Below are positions 1-12,701 of a stretch of DNA of 64,000 bases, piece by piece. A program made the position numbers and the translations under genes. Below the pieces are notes generated by a model. The model did no database searches and had not been told where the DNA came from. It worked only from the letters and a program-made list of their open reading frames with translations. Numbering within the stretch: the stretch's first letter is position 1; each line of letters begins with the position of its first letter. The DNA comes from Eledone cirrhosa (taxonomy: Eukaryota), in the NCBI GenBank assembly GCA_964016885.1, contig OZ024757.1:8370001-8434000 (forward strand), read 5' to 3'.

Positions 1-1720
1 CACACCGCACCACACTATATCATAGCACACTACAATACACCAAACCCCACTACAATATACCACACCACACTGCATTATGCCACATCACACTGCAATATAC
101 CACACCACACTACAATATATCACACCACACTACACTATAACACACCACACTACAAGATATCTCGCCACACTACAATATATCATAACACACTACACTCTAT
201 CACACCACACTACAATATACAACATCAAACTACAATATACCACATCACACTACAATATACCACACCACACTACAATATATCACACCGCACCACACTATAT
301 CATAGCACACTACAATACACCAAACCCCACTACAATATACCACACAACACTGCATTATGCCACATCACACTGCAATATACCACACCTCACTACAATATAT
401 CACAACACACTACAATATACCACACCACACTATAATATACCACACCACACAACACTATATCACACCACACTACAATATACCACAACACACTACACTATAC
501 CAAACCACACGACACTTTATAACACCAAACTACAATATACTACACCACACTACAATATACTACACCACACTACAATATACCATACCACACTTCAATATAT
601 CACACCACACTACAATATAGCACAATACAATATATCACACTACAATATACCACACCACACTACAATATATCACACCGCACCACACTATATGGTAGCACAC
701 TACAATATATCACACCGCACCACACTATATCATAGCACACTACAATACACCAAACCCCACTACAATATACCACACCACACTGCATTATGCCACATCACAC
801 TGCAATATACCACACCTCACTACAATATATCACACCACACTACAATATATCACAACACACTACAATATACCACACCACACTATAATATACCACACCACAC
901 AACACTATATCACACCACACTACAATATACCACAACACACTACACTATACCAAACCACACGACACTTTATAACACCACACTACAATATACTACACCACAC
1001 TACAATATACTACACCACACTACAATATACCATACCACACTTCAATATATCACACCACACTACAATATAGCACAATGCAATATATCACACTACAATATAC
1101 CACACCACACTACAATATATCACACCACACCACACTATATGGTAGCACACTACAATATATCACACCGCATCACACTATATCATAGCACACTACAATACAC
1201 CAAACCCCACTACAATATACCACACCACACTGCATTATGCCACATCACACTGCAATATACCACACCACACTACAATATATCACACCACACTACACTATAA
1301 CACACCACACTACAAGATATCTCGCCACACTACAATATATCACAACACACTACACTCTATCACACCACACTACAATATACAACATCAAACTACAATATAC
1401 CACATCACACTACAATATACCACACCACACTACAATATACCACACCACACTACAATATATCACACCGCACCACACTATATCATAGAACACTACAATATAT
1501 CACACCGCACCACACTATATCATAGCACACTACAATACACCAAACCCCACTACAATATACCACACCACACTGCATTATGCCACATCACACTGCAATATAC
1601 CACACCACACTACAATATATCACACCACACTACACTATAACACACCACACTACAATATACCACACCACACTACAATATATCACACCACACTACAATATAT
1701 CACAACACACTACAATATAG
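1..1720. repeat. Minisatellite, ~20-bp unit (CACACCACAC TACAATATAY) with higher-order structure
   Basis: The 10/20-bp register holds across the whole tract. Variant units recur: TGCATTATGC at 71, 351, 781, 1231 and 1571; GACACTTTAT at 511 and 961; CTCGCCACAC at 161 and 1321. Confidence 0.97.
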
Positions 1721-2537
1721 CCGGCCAAAATGGCGACAAGGAAGGTTGCTTGACCACGTCTTGACCAAACAAAATATAATATTTTCACCAAAAACTGCCC
1801 TTTAAACACATGTCAGATGGATTACAATATTCATTATTACAATTACTTTGACTGTTCCCTGACAACTAGTACCAGTTTCAAGATAGAATTATCTTAACGA
1901 AGTATATAGAATTTGACTTGATTTTCCCCCAACAAACCACGTGTGGACAGGGACGTGGAAAAAAGGAAAAAAAACAAAACAAATCACTACATCCCTTAAG
2001 GATCGCAGTAAGTACTCCACAAAACATATAAACAACAATATACACACAGATTTATATACAGATATATACCATATGCATATACACACACGTGAAAAGAAAC
2101 CACACTATTTCGTGTGAGAAAACCGGCCAAGTTTACCAATTTACATTGGTAAAATATTTCTTAACATTGACTTCGCTTCTAACCCACATACACCTTTTAA
2201 TTATATATATATATATACTAGCAGCTGAAAGTTAATAATTTGAAAAAAAAAATATTATTGAAAGTTTATTATAAAGAAGCAGTATCAGCGGAAAAAAAAA
2301 ACAAAAAATAACGTTATTTCGCTGTTAATAAACTGTTGCCTTCTACAGTACGTTTCATTTAACTTACGCAGCATATTTATTTGTTTACATGCACAGACTC
2401 TTCTGTACACACACAACATTTAGGAAAACGGAAACAAAATACACAAAAAAAAACAAAACAAAAAAAACAGACATTTTATTTCTATCGTAATCAAGTGCAC
2501 TAAACCTATATTGTTTACATTCTGTGTTTTTCTACGG

Positions 2538-3800
2538 ATGGGTAGAAATAACAAAATTGCCATGGTGATATCCATCGGTGAAATTTGCAACAAAACCGGT
2601 CGATGTCCCAAAATAGAACATTGCCCAGAAAATCACATCTGCCATATCTGTACGGAACCCTAAAACTCGTTCCGTAATCGCTGGGTCGAATGTGGAACCT
2701 GGCACATCTATGTCTGCCTTCAATGCGCCACAGGCTTCCGGAGGATCCCAGGCCAAAAAAAGAGACATCATAATGCTATGATGGATGGAATCTGGGAGAT
2801 GGTCCAGCTAAAATATTGGTCCTTTCAGTGCCTGGACTGTATGCCTGCCTCCACTAATGTTATTGAAAAACAACAACAACAGCAACCGATGACTGTATCT
2901 CCCTCCACCATTGTTACTGAACAACTGCAAAAACCTATGACACTGGCTTCTGCTGCTATTCCTGTGGGATAACATCAGAAACAACAACAACCCATGTCTT
3001 CCACTCCCAGTACATCTCGACACCAACAACCGGCGGCTGAGTCTTCCCCTACCATTCCTGTGGAGGAACATCATCATCATCATCACCACCACCACCACCA
3101 ACAACAACAACAATAACAACAACAACAGCAGCAAACAACAACAACAACAACCGACCAGTACAGATTTTGCAGAATTGCAACCAATGATTTCTGCTTTAAG
3201 AAGGGAAGTAATAGGAATAAAGGCAAGCATTCGGGTAGGACCCCACAATGAGGGGTCTTATCGGAATGCCTTGCTAAAGAATCTCCCTGTACCTCTTGCC
3301 GCATCTGAGCACACTGAGAAGACTGCGGAATCTGCTACCCATGAAGTAATTGCCATTGGGGTACCAGAGGACAAAGCTGATCTTCAGGCATTTGCTGCCA
3401 GCTCAGCCAAAGACCTAGGCTGTGTTCCCCCAAAGGGTGCTCTCCGCCTTGGTCGACCTCGTCCAAAACTAAACTCATCAGGCTGTCTTTTTCGGACCCC
3501 GCTGAGGCAATATCATACCATCTGGCCTCTGTTAAAGCTGGGAGTGAAAATCGGATTACCTTCTGAACACACCCAGGCCTACCACCCCATGTACGTCGAA
3601 AGCTACGTGCTGCAGCTTCCTTGAATCGGAACTCAGCACAACATGAAAGTTTTAGTCTGCGTGATGATGGGCAGATCTAGAGGTTTGTTAAGGCTGGTGA
3701 AACGTGGAAGAGAGATACCAGCAGGTCTGAGTGTGCTCTACCCACAATAACAAGCAATGAAAAAAAACTGCAACAACTCTGGGAAACTAAACCAGAACAA
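2538..3800 (+). pseudogene. CR1 ORF1 remnant with N-terminal PHD-like zinc finger and Gln-rich linker
   Basis: Manual translation from the ATG at 2538, in frame with the 2778 ORF: MGRNNK...CHICTEP*...WVECGTWHIYVCLQC...FQCLDC followed by poly-Q. It has in-frame stops near 2661 and 2970. Confidence 0.65.
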
Positions 3801-3859
3801 CCTGCCACCCTCTACACACCATCATAAACTGTAAGCAGGGTACAAATTGTTGTCCTTAA

Positions 3860-6593
3860 ATGCTCGCATTTTTATGCAACAAGATACATCTGTTTGACTC
3901 CTACGTCAGAAGCATCGACCCTGACTTCATCACAGTCACAGAAACATGGGCACATTCCTTACTCTGTGATGGGGTTTTCAGCATTACTGGGTACAACCCT
4001 TTCCGCAAGGACCGCATTAATCGCCGTGGTGGTGGTGTGATGGTCTACGTTCGTTCAAACTTTTCGGTAATTCCTTGCGTTGATTTGAACGAATCACAGG
4101 AAGAAGTTTTTTTCTGTGACATACCTATGACCATGTCAACACTTCTGCTTGGTGTTGTTTATCGCCCCTCAAACTACCATCAGGACACACAGGTTTGCGA
4201 TATCCTAAGAGTTGCTGCCAAGAAAACAGCCACTTATGTGTTTATTGCAGGTGACTTCAATCATCCTGAGATCGATTGGGAAACCTTTCGTTGGCCACAA
4301 GGTGCAAACGATTTCCTTGAACTAGTGCTGGACTCAAACTGGTCACAAGTAGTCACCTCTCCAACAAGAGGTAACAACACTTTGGACCTGATCTTTACCA
4401 CTACTCCTGAAGTGGTTATCAGTTGTACTACTGAGGAACCTCTAGGCGACTCTGATCATGCTACGATCATTGCCAATCTGGCACTTGAGGGCAGCAACAA
4501 AATCCAGAGCCATCTCCAATCTGCTTGCTTTGATTGGAAGAGGGCGGATTGGAACTTGTACTGCACTGAGCTACAGCGCCCAAACTGGCATGAGATGTAT
4601 AACTCTGGAGATGTGAACACTATAATACAGAGCATCCTGGACTCAATATGGATAGCATGTGCAGCATCAGTGCCACGGAAGCGGAAAATAACCACCCCAA
4701 AAGTGCAATCTGGGAAACTTCAGCGGTCCGACTTGCCAGGAAAGAACGTCGGAACGCTGAACGGGAATATAAACTGCATAAATCAGATGACAACAGAAAA
4801 AAGCGGAATAAATCTTCTAACCATCTCAAGCAAGTGACAAAGAAGGCAGTGCTTGAATTTGAACAGTGCATCGCAACCAATCCTGACAGTAAGGTGTTCT
4901 GGAAATATGTTCATTCAAAGCAGAGACCTCACTCTACAGTTGGTCCTCTTCGCAATCCCCACACAAGCCAGATCACTGACGATCCCAAGGAATGCGCAGA
5001 ACTCATTGCTGAGTGCTATACAAGTATTTTTACTGTTGAAAACCAGAATGTACCATCTCCACCATCTCTAACATCAAATTCCATAACAACTATGGAATTT
5101 ACACCTGCAATGTTGCGACGTCACCTTAAGAATAAGCGCAACTATGCCTCCCCTGGTCTTGATGGTGTGACATACCTGCTTCTCAAACATGGCGGGTATT
5201 TCCTTTTGCGCCAGCTTTCTTTCTTCTTTCAATACTGTCTCAACAATGGTGCTACTCCGGAGCAGTGGAAAACTGCCAGTGTCATTTCCCTGTTCAAAAA
5301 GGGCAACCGCATGTCACCTGTCAACTATCGTCCAGTCAGTCTTACTAGCTGTATGGCCAAACTGATGGAATCCTGTGTCAGAGAAACACTTTGGAACTTC
5401 TGGAGCTCTCACAGTTTGGATTTATCCCTAACTCCAGCTGCTGTGATCAGCTTATCGAGTTCCTTGAGGATATCACCCGGATCACTGACAGCGGCTCATG
5501 GGTGGATGTTGTTTACCTTGACTTTGCTAAGGCTTTTAATTCTGTGCCACACAAAAGACTTATGGCAAAACTCTCTGCAATGGGTGTGAGGGATGATCTT
5601 TTCGACTGGTTGAAATCCTTCATTCTCAGCCGAAAAGAAGTAGTCACGGTTCTAGGACAGCATTCTTCACCATATGAGATGTCATCTGGTGTACCACAGG
5701 GATCTGTTCTTGGTCCTCTTTTGTTTGTGGCATATATTAACGACATAGATGCCAACTTACAGAATGCCACGGTACTAAAATATGCAGATGACATCAAGCT
5801 ATACCTTGAAATCAAAAGGACTGATCCTGAAATTTACAACTCTTTCCTACAATCAGACCTGGACACAATGCAGCAATGGATCACAGACTGGCAACTGAAG
5901 CTGGCTGTGGACAAGTGTACCACCATGCATTTTGGAAGGAAAAATGCAGCGTCCACATACTCCCTCCACAACACTGATATCAAAAAGTCCTCTTGTGAAC
6001 GTGACCTGGGCATTACTGTCAGCAACGATTTGCGTTGGACAAAGCATGTCTCTAAGATTGTCAAGAAGGCCGAGGGTGTATTGGCATCACTCAGCAAGAC
6101 CTTTGTTAGCCGCTCTCCAGCCATCTATTTAAAACTGTATACAGCTATGGTACGACCACACTTGGAATTCGCATCTTCAGTCTGGAACCCCTATCTTGCT
6201 CAGAACATTGACCTCCTGGAAACTGTTGAGAGACGTGCAACCAAGCGCATACCCTCCATCAGAAACCTACCATACTCTGAATGCCTTGCTTCCCTGGGCA
6301 TGGATTCATTGAAGCTCCGACGTCTGGCAATGGACTTGGTAAATACCCACAAAGTTATTAACCATATGGCCAATTGCAACCCTGAGCGCCTCTTTGATCT
6401 CCATGTGTCTAACACACGTGGACATGCCTACAAGATCAGAAAACAGCACAGCTCCCATGACTTTCGTAGACATTTTTTCACGCTCAGAGTTGCTGAAGCA
6501 TGGAACAAACTGCCTGCGTCAATTGTTAGCTGCCGAGACACTGCATCCTTTAAGACACTCATGCTTCCCGAAATACGCCAAAACTACACCTGA
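3860..6593 (+). pseudogene. CR1 ORF2 (apurinic endonuclease + reverse transcriptase), two frameshifts
   Basis: It is split into ORFs 3860-4837, 4648-5589 and 5391-6593. The second frameshift (~5413) is an ~19-nt deletion relative to the copies at 24.58 and 53.79 kb (HSLIRPSQFGF). Confidence 0.93.
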
Positions 6594-8059
6594 TGTACCC
6601 CTTCCATACACATGCACACATGTGTGTATCATGACTCGTGCACTGTTCATTTTACTGATGTTTGTGCATTGCCCTATGTACTGTACATGCACTTTTTTGA
6701 TGAGTTGTGGTGCACCTGGGCACTGTACACAATATTTCATTATTGTTATTGTTATTATATCATGACTCGTACACTGTTCATTTTCCTGACATTTGTACAT
6801 TATTCTATGTACTATACATGCACCTTTGATGAGTTGTAGTGCACTTGAGCACTGTACACAATAATTTCATTATTATTATTATTATTATTATTATATGTTG
6901 TTGTTGTTAATGTCACCGCTGCTGTAGCTGCCTTCCTCTTGTTGATGTAGGTGGTAGTTGAAACTGCAACCTATTCGGGCTGCCAGGCTGGCTGCTGGGG
7001 CTCGAACGCCTTCTTTAACCGAAGATGCGGGGTCGTTGTTATTTTCACTGTTTCTGTCGTTGCCTTCCTCTTGTTAATGGTAGTGATAATTGTTGGTGCT
7101 ACCTATAACGGCTGTCAAGCTGGCTGCTGTATCAGCTTCTCTGAGTGACGCTCCAGTGGCCTTCTTGACCAAAGATGCAGGCCAATGGCTTTTGACATTG
7201 TTTGGCAACACAACGCAAATAAATATATACACTATCATCAATTGGAAAGACCAATGGAAACATTGTTTCCTTGGTCCAATCTGATGAGTTCCACTCCACT
7301 TGGTAAGAACTGAGATGTTGAGATTTATTACAAAAAAACACTAAAATCAGGATACTGGGTTGGTATAACTACCTGGTTTGTATGTGTTGTGGTGTGGTAT
7401 GTGGTGTGTTGTGGTGGTGTGTTTTGGTCTTTTGATGTGGTGTGTGTGTGCAGGTTGATGTGTTGTTGTGTGTGTAATGTAAAGAGGAAATTTTACACAC
7501 ATAGGACATACAAGGGGTGTGAGGACTCTACCCCCTACAACCCTCTCAGAAATAAATGGCTGAAGAAAAAGAGAAGAAAGTTGTAAAGTATTTTCAAATG
7601 TGAATTATTTTTTTTAAAAGTCAAAATGTCAACTGTCATGAAAGTACCATCCAACAAATATTAAAATTATGCAATTATTTTTATTTACACATGTGGATAT
7701 TTTGTCATAAATATAAATATAAACCAGTTAAGGTTTACTAAATAAACACATGAACGTTTTTTTTTTTTTAAATGATGTAGTCATAGGGGTGTCACTGGAC
7801 ATTTGAAGCTTGGTGGAGCCCTTCTCTCTCCAAGTTTGAACAGTTGATTTCTTCCAGAGAAGGAGAGAGAATAAGAGGAAGGAAGTGAGATAGAAATATA
7901 GAGAGGAAGAACAGACCCCAGTGGTAGACTGGTATTGTTTTTTATCAACCATGAATGGAGGACAGAAAGTTGACCTCAGCAGGATTTAAACTCAGAGCAG
8001 AGAACCAGGATAAATATGGCAGAAAACATTCTATTTATTGTTTTATAGACTTTAAATAA

Positions 8060-8280
8060 ATGTTTCTACTTTTGACTCAAGGCCAGCAATATGAAGAGAA
8101 AGGGGAATGCCAATTAAATCAGGACCAGTGCATTACTGTTACTGTTTTTTATCAACCTTGAATGGATGAAAGTCAAAGTTGACCATGGCATGATTTAAAC
8201 CCATAACATAAAGGGCTGTAACTTTATGACACAATGCATATCATCTGACACTCTACTGATTCTGCAAATCCACCACCCTC
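8060..8280 (-). mobile_element. Diverged tRNA-derived SINE, family B (also a fragment at ~7905-8000)
   Basis: It is homologous to the better-preserved copies at 10933 and 12415. Confidence 0.65.
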
Positions 8281-8449
8281 AACAATGAAATGAGATTATG
8301 TCTCTGTAAGAGCCCTTAATGACAAATAATATGAAGGGGTACTTTCTACAGGGTGTATTTGTTAATTACAATACAAAATCTCAGAGAATAATTTCCAACA
8401 TATTTCAACATAATAAATGTTCATCAAAATATATTAATATTATTATTAT

Positions 8450-8910
8450 TTTCTGCTAGCATGTGTAGTGTGTATATTTATATTTTACACAGGTATATAT
8501 ATATACATGTAGCTATGATACATCAAATAAAATTGTAATTGACAATATATAATACATAGAAATTGAACAAAGACTGTGTTACACTGTCTTATGTAATCAG
8601 TAACAAAATCCATGATACATTAAAAAAGACGATATTATATATAAACTGCATTAGGAGAAAATTAGTGACGGAAATATATGAATGTTTATTTAAGCGATGG
8701 CTAACCGGAAGTGTTGACATTTCAGAAATTTTAAAGGGAATCTTTAAATAAACAAAATATATTTAATCAACATCCACGAAATTTAGTAGATAACTTATGT
8801 AATATTCATTCATTATTTATTCAAAGTAATGCAACTTATTTTACTAATGGGATAAAAAATTATAAACTGAACGCAGTCCCATGCTCCTTACTTAATTATA
8901 GTTTAGATTT
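8450..8910 (+). repeat. Local duplication of 10830-11490 (the paralog carries an extra SINE)
   Basis: The two segments are collinear and share AAGACTGTGTTACACTGTCTTATGTAATCAGTAAC and AACCGGAAGTG. Confidence 0.9.
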
Positions 8911-8954
8911 ATTAGGTCAGGTGGATTGGCCAGAACAATTCTACTCTTCTTTTT

Positions 8955-9200
8955 TAGATGTCACGATCTTCCATGGCATTCCTGAGATCATTAATCTCCA
9001 GCTGGACATCCTGAGACATCTGATCTATGAAGGTCAATCTCAGTCATCCCACTAGGGTCTTACAATATTTAGGTATCCACCACAATAGCCAGCTCATCCT
9101 ACCCTCAGTAGCAATGTCCAGCATATCTTGTCCTCCGCTCCCTAGTTATTGTGGTTATCTTTGATATATGTCAGTATATTTCTTCCCTTTGAGTAATGTA
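8955..9200 (-). mobile_element. Old 3' fragment of an RTE-group LINE
   Basis: The minus strand reads ...KITTITRERRTRYAGHCY...DLRNAMEDRD, a typical RTE-group C-terminus, broken by stops and frameshifts. Confidence 0.6.
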
Positions 9201-9417
9201 TTAAAAACTAAAAATAATAATATATAGATATACACACACACACACACAACATATATGTTGAGATGTATAAGATTTCTCAAGCTTCACATTGTATATTCTT
9301 CCTTCCAAAGTGTGTCTGAATATTTGTGTTTATCATATTTCACAGTGATGGGGTTTACCGCAAGTGTTGACTACGTAGGTGAACAACCAGTGATGACTTC
9401 TCAGTGAAAGATTTACC

Positions 9418-9861
9418 TCATATTTTACATGAATAAGGTCTTTCACCACTGTGTGTTCTTTTGTGACGTACAAGTTGAGAACTCTGAGAAAAAGATTTAC
9501 CACATATTTCACAATGGAAGGGTTTTTCACCAGTGTGTGTTCTTTTGTGTTGTAAAAGATAAGAACTACGATAAAAGGATTTCCCACATATTTCACAGTG
9601 GAAGGGTTTTTCACCAGTGTGACTCCGTATGTGGACGACAAGAGCAGAATTATTAGTAAAAGATTTCCCACATATTTCACAGTGGAAGGGATTTTCACCA
9701 GTGTGACTCCGTATGTGGATGACAAGAGCAGAATTATTAGTAAAAGATTTCCGACATATTTCACAGTGAAAGGGTTTTTCTCTGTGTATTTTCTCGTGTG
9801 AGGATAGTTTCAGTTTTGAAGAGAAAGTTTTCCTGCAAATCTCACAGCTATATTCAGACAT
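9418..9861 (-). CDS. C2H2 zinc-finger protein, 5 intact tandem fingers; probably truncated or pseudogenising
   Basis: Repeats of CxxC-x12-HxxxH are joined by TGEKPF/TGENPF linkers. The sixth finger is cut by TGA at its second Cys (CKI*GKSFTEKSSLVVHLRS), and degenerate finger remains continue to ~9270. Confidence 0.85.
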   Translation of the reverse strand: MSEYSCEICRKTFSSKLKLSSHEKIHREKPFHCEICRKSFTNNSALVIHIRSHTGENPFHCEICGKSFTNNSALVVHIRSHTGEKPFHCEICGKSFYRSSYLLQHKRTHTGEKPFHCEICGKSFSQSSQLVRHKRTHSGERPYSCKI

Positions 9862-10698
9862 ATTTCATAAAGGAATCTCACCATTTCCACTCATATATTA
9901 AGAAATGTAGCATTCAGTTGGTAAAGTAATAAGATGTATGAAAGCGTAAGACTGATCTTGGAAGAAGAAAAAGCAAGTGCTAATATATATATGTCTGTGT
10001 GTGTGTGTGTGTGTATCTTTTATTTTTGTTAAGGTGAGAAGATCAATAAAATCCTCAGCTCATAAAACAGTCGAATAAGACTTCTATAGTTAAGGTTCTT
10101 GTTATTGAGGACAGTTCAGGTGACAAGAGAATTAATATCCATAATTTCAAAAGATGAAGGTTAATATATATACATATATATATATATACAGACATACAGT
10201 GTGCAGGTATGAGAGAGAGAAATAGATGTGTGTGTGGAAATATGTGTGTAGGTGTTGTAATAAATCAATATATTTCACTTCAGATAGAAAAGTTCACAAT
10301 GTTTGTGTTGTGGTGGAAAACGAAATAATACGTACTTTAGTTGTCAAGACCAAATATAAAGTCAAGAAAAGTTAGTAAAAACTAAATGTTCAATGATTTC
10401 TGATTAAAATAATATTTTCCTGTCCTGTAAAATGTTGAACAACCCCTTCAATATTTAATAATACAGGTGATAAAACAACAACTATAAGGTAAATAAGTCA
10501 CCTTATGTTATTTACAAACATTAACGTCCACCTTAATATGAAATAATCACCATAAAAGATGAAATTAGATGAGGTTTAAGTTGTAACAATGGAGCAGATA
10601 TAAATGGTAATATTTCACCGTCCAGTTGACACCGGTGTCATGGCTTAAATGTCCCCCACATAATTTAATACATTCAGAAACAACTTCCGTTATATGAA

Positions 10699-10842
10699 CT
10701 AGCAGAAAACCACCCGAAGGTAGCATGTGTAGTGTGTATATTGATATTATACGCAGGTATATATGATACATGTATATATATACCTGCGTGTAATATCAAT
10801 ATACACACTACACATGCTACCTTTGGGTGGTTTTCTGCTAGC
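10699..10842. repeat. Near-perfect palindrome, ~65-bp arms
   Basis: CTAGCAGAAAACCACCCGAAGGTAGCATGTGTAGTG... is mirrored by ...CACTACACATGCTACCTTTGGGTGGTTTTCTGCTAG. Confidence 0.9.
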
Positions 10843-10932
10843 ATGTGTAGTGTGTATATTGATATTATACGCAAGTATATATATACATGTAGATATGATA
10901 CATCAAATAAAATCATAATTGACAATGTATAA

Positions 10933-11121
10933 TTGTTTCTACGTTAGGCACAAGGCCAGCAAAATACCCAGTGTATTACTGGTACGTTATTTTATCGACC
11001 CCGTAAGGATGAAAGGATAAGTTAACCTCGGCGGGATTTGAACTCAGAATGGCAAGGGCCGTAACTCTATGCGTCAAAGCATGGCGTCCGACCCTCTACC
11101 AATACTGCCAATCCACCGCCT
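10933..11121 (-). mobile_element. tRNA-derived SINE family B (central CCTTTCATCCTTACGGGGTCGATAAA domain, Nin/Deu-like)
   Basis: The minus strand has an A-box-like TGGCAGTATTGG and a B-box GAGTTCAAATC. Several copies occur in the window. Confidence 0.8.
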
Positions 11122-11651
11122 TGACAATATATAATACACAGACATTGAACGAAGACTGTGTTACACTGTCTTATGTAATCAGTAACGTAATCCATGATAC
11201 ATTAAAAAAGACGATATTATATATAAACTGCATTAGGAGAAAATTAGTGACAGAAAATTAATAGTTTATTGAAGTGATGGCCAACCGGAAGTGTAGACAT
11301 TTCAGAAATTTTTAAGAAGTGAATTTTTAAACAAACAAAATATATTTAATCAACAACCACGAAATTTAGTAGATAAATTATGTAATATTCATTCATTATT
11401 TATTCAAAGTTATCCAACTTATTTTACTAATGGGTTAAACAATTATAAACCGTAAGCAGTCCCGCGCTCCTCCTTTTATTATAGTTTAGATTCATACGTT
11501 CAATATATATGCTAGTACTTTATTCAGATTTGAATAAATAACGTTATTAATGTTATATAACTGTTCATATTAAACCAAAACACATTATTAAAGGTAATAA
11601 AATATTTAAGTAATGGAAAAAAAAGAAAAAACGAATCAAGCAACGAAAATA

Positions 11652-11803
11652 ATTGTTTCTACTTTTGGCACAAGGCCAGCAATTATCCCAGTGTATTACT
11701 GGTACTTTATTTTATCGACCTCGTAAGGATGAAAGGCAAAGTTAACCCTGGAACTCAGATCATAAAGGGAGGTAACTCTATGCTACAAAGCTTGGCGTCC
11801 GAC
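11652..11803 (-). mobile_element. SINE family B, partial
   Basis: It has the same body as the copies at 10933 and 12415. Confidence 0.75.
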
Positions 11804-12075
11804 GATGACAAAGGTGTTACCACAGAGAATAGCCAGAGTCGTCCACTACAACATACACCCCACCTCATGGGACTACTTCCTCAAGGGGGCTGCTGTCTTT
11901 CTAATTTTTGAGAAGGAAATCAGCAGTGTGGGGACAAAGAGGAAGTGGTTTGTCAGGCCCCAGTATTTAACTATCTCCCTCTTCTCTCTATTACAGGTAG
12001 TAAAGCCTGGGTTTGTGGCTGCAGGGAAAATGTTGGAGGCAGAGAATGATCCAACCCATGCTAAACCTCCAAATA
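11804..12075 (-). mobile_element. Old diverged 3' fragment of a CRE-like (RLE) non-LTR element
   Basis: It aligns by eye to 60900-61200; the antisense peptides MTKVLPQRIAR...HPTSW and TAKVFSRTMAR...HPTSR correspond. Confidence 0.65.
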
Positions 12076-12414
12076 AAGCTGATACTTGTCTTTTTCAGCT
12101 GTGGAGATTAGGGACATGTGGAATGATGTGTCTTGCTTAAGGACACAATGTACCTCCCTAACTGACAATTGAAAACATGATATTACCATATGATGTATGA
12201 CTTCACTATACAATATATATGTGTTTGTATACATATATATAGTATATATTTGTGTGTATACATTGTCTCATTCCATGAGAGTAACTTGGTCAGTCTATGA
12301 ACTTCTCATCCGACCCTTCTATATGTATATACATGTTTGTCAGTGTGTGTGTACATATGTATATAGAATATTGTCACAACTACTATATACACCACATATA
12401 CACTATATATAATA

Positions 12415-12600
12415 TTTGTTTCTACTTTAGGCACAAGGCCAGTAATTACCCAGTGCATTACTGGTACTTTATTTTATCGACCCCGTAAGGATGAAAGGCA
12501 AAGTCAACCTCGGCGGGATTTGAACTCAGATTGTAAAGGGACGTAACTATGCTGGAAAGCATAGCGTCCGACCCTCTACCGATACTGCCAATCCACCGCA
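12415..12600 (-). mobile_element. SINE family B
   Basis: A box TGGCAGTATCGG, B box GAGTTCAAATCC, and the conserved body TTTGCCTTTCATCCTTACGGGGTCGATAAAATAAAAGTACCAG. Confidence 0.82.
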
Positions 12601-12701
12601 TAATATTGTCCAATATATATAGACTATATGTCATGTTGTCCAAGGGAAAGGCTGATAATAGATCAGCACCAGTGACATTACAACTATTATATACACTATA
12701 T

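Larger units (their letters stand above)
2500..6893 (+). mobile_element. Near full-length, inactivated CR1-clade LINE (ORF1 + APE/RT ORF2 + 3' UTR with (ATT)n tail)
   Basis: APE motifs (VTETW, RGGGV, GDFNHP, LDLIFT, SDH) and RT motifs (NYRPVSLTS, YLDFAKAF, SGVPQGSVLGP, YADD) are present. The C-terminus is CR1-type (TRGH..K...R.HFF..RV..AWN.LP), and an (ATT)n tail lies at 6869-6893. The 5' boundary is approximate. Confidence 0.93.

Noticed and set aside
77-1485. 407-aa His/Thr/Tyr-rich ORF and overlapping ORFs
   Set aside because: They are translations of a stop-poor minisatellite with no domain signal.
2808-3304. Poly-L/V/C ORFs and other antisense ORFs over the LINEs
   Set aside because: They are antisense shadows of (CAA)n and of TE coding sequence.
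7281-7320. CTGATGA followed by a GTTC/GAAC stem
   Set aside because: There is no GAAA or helix III after the stem, so it is not a hammerhead.
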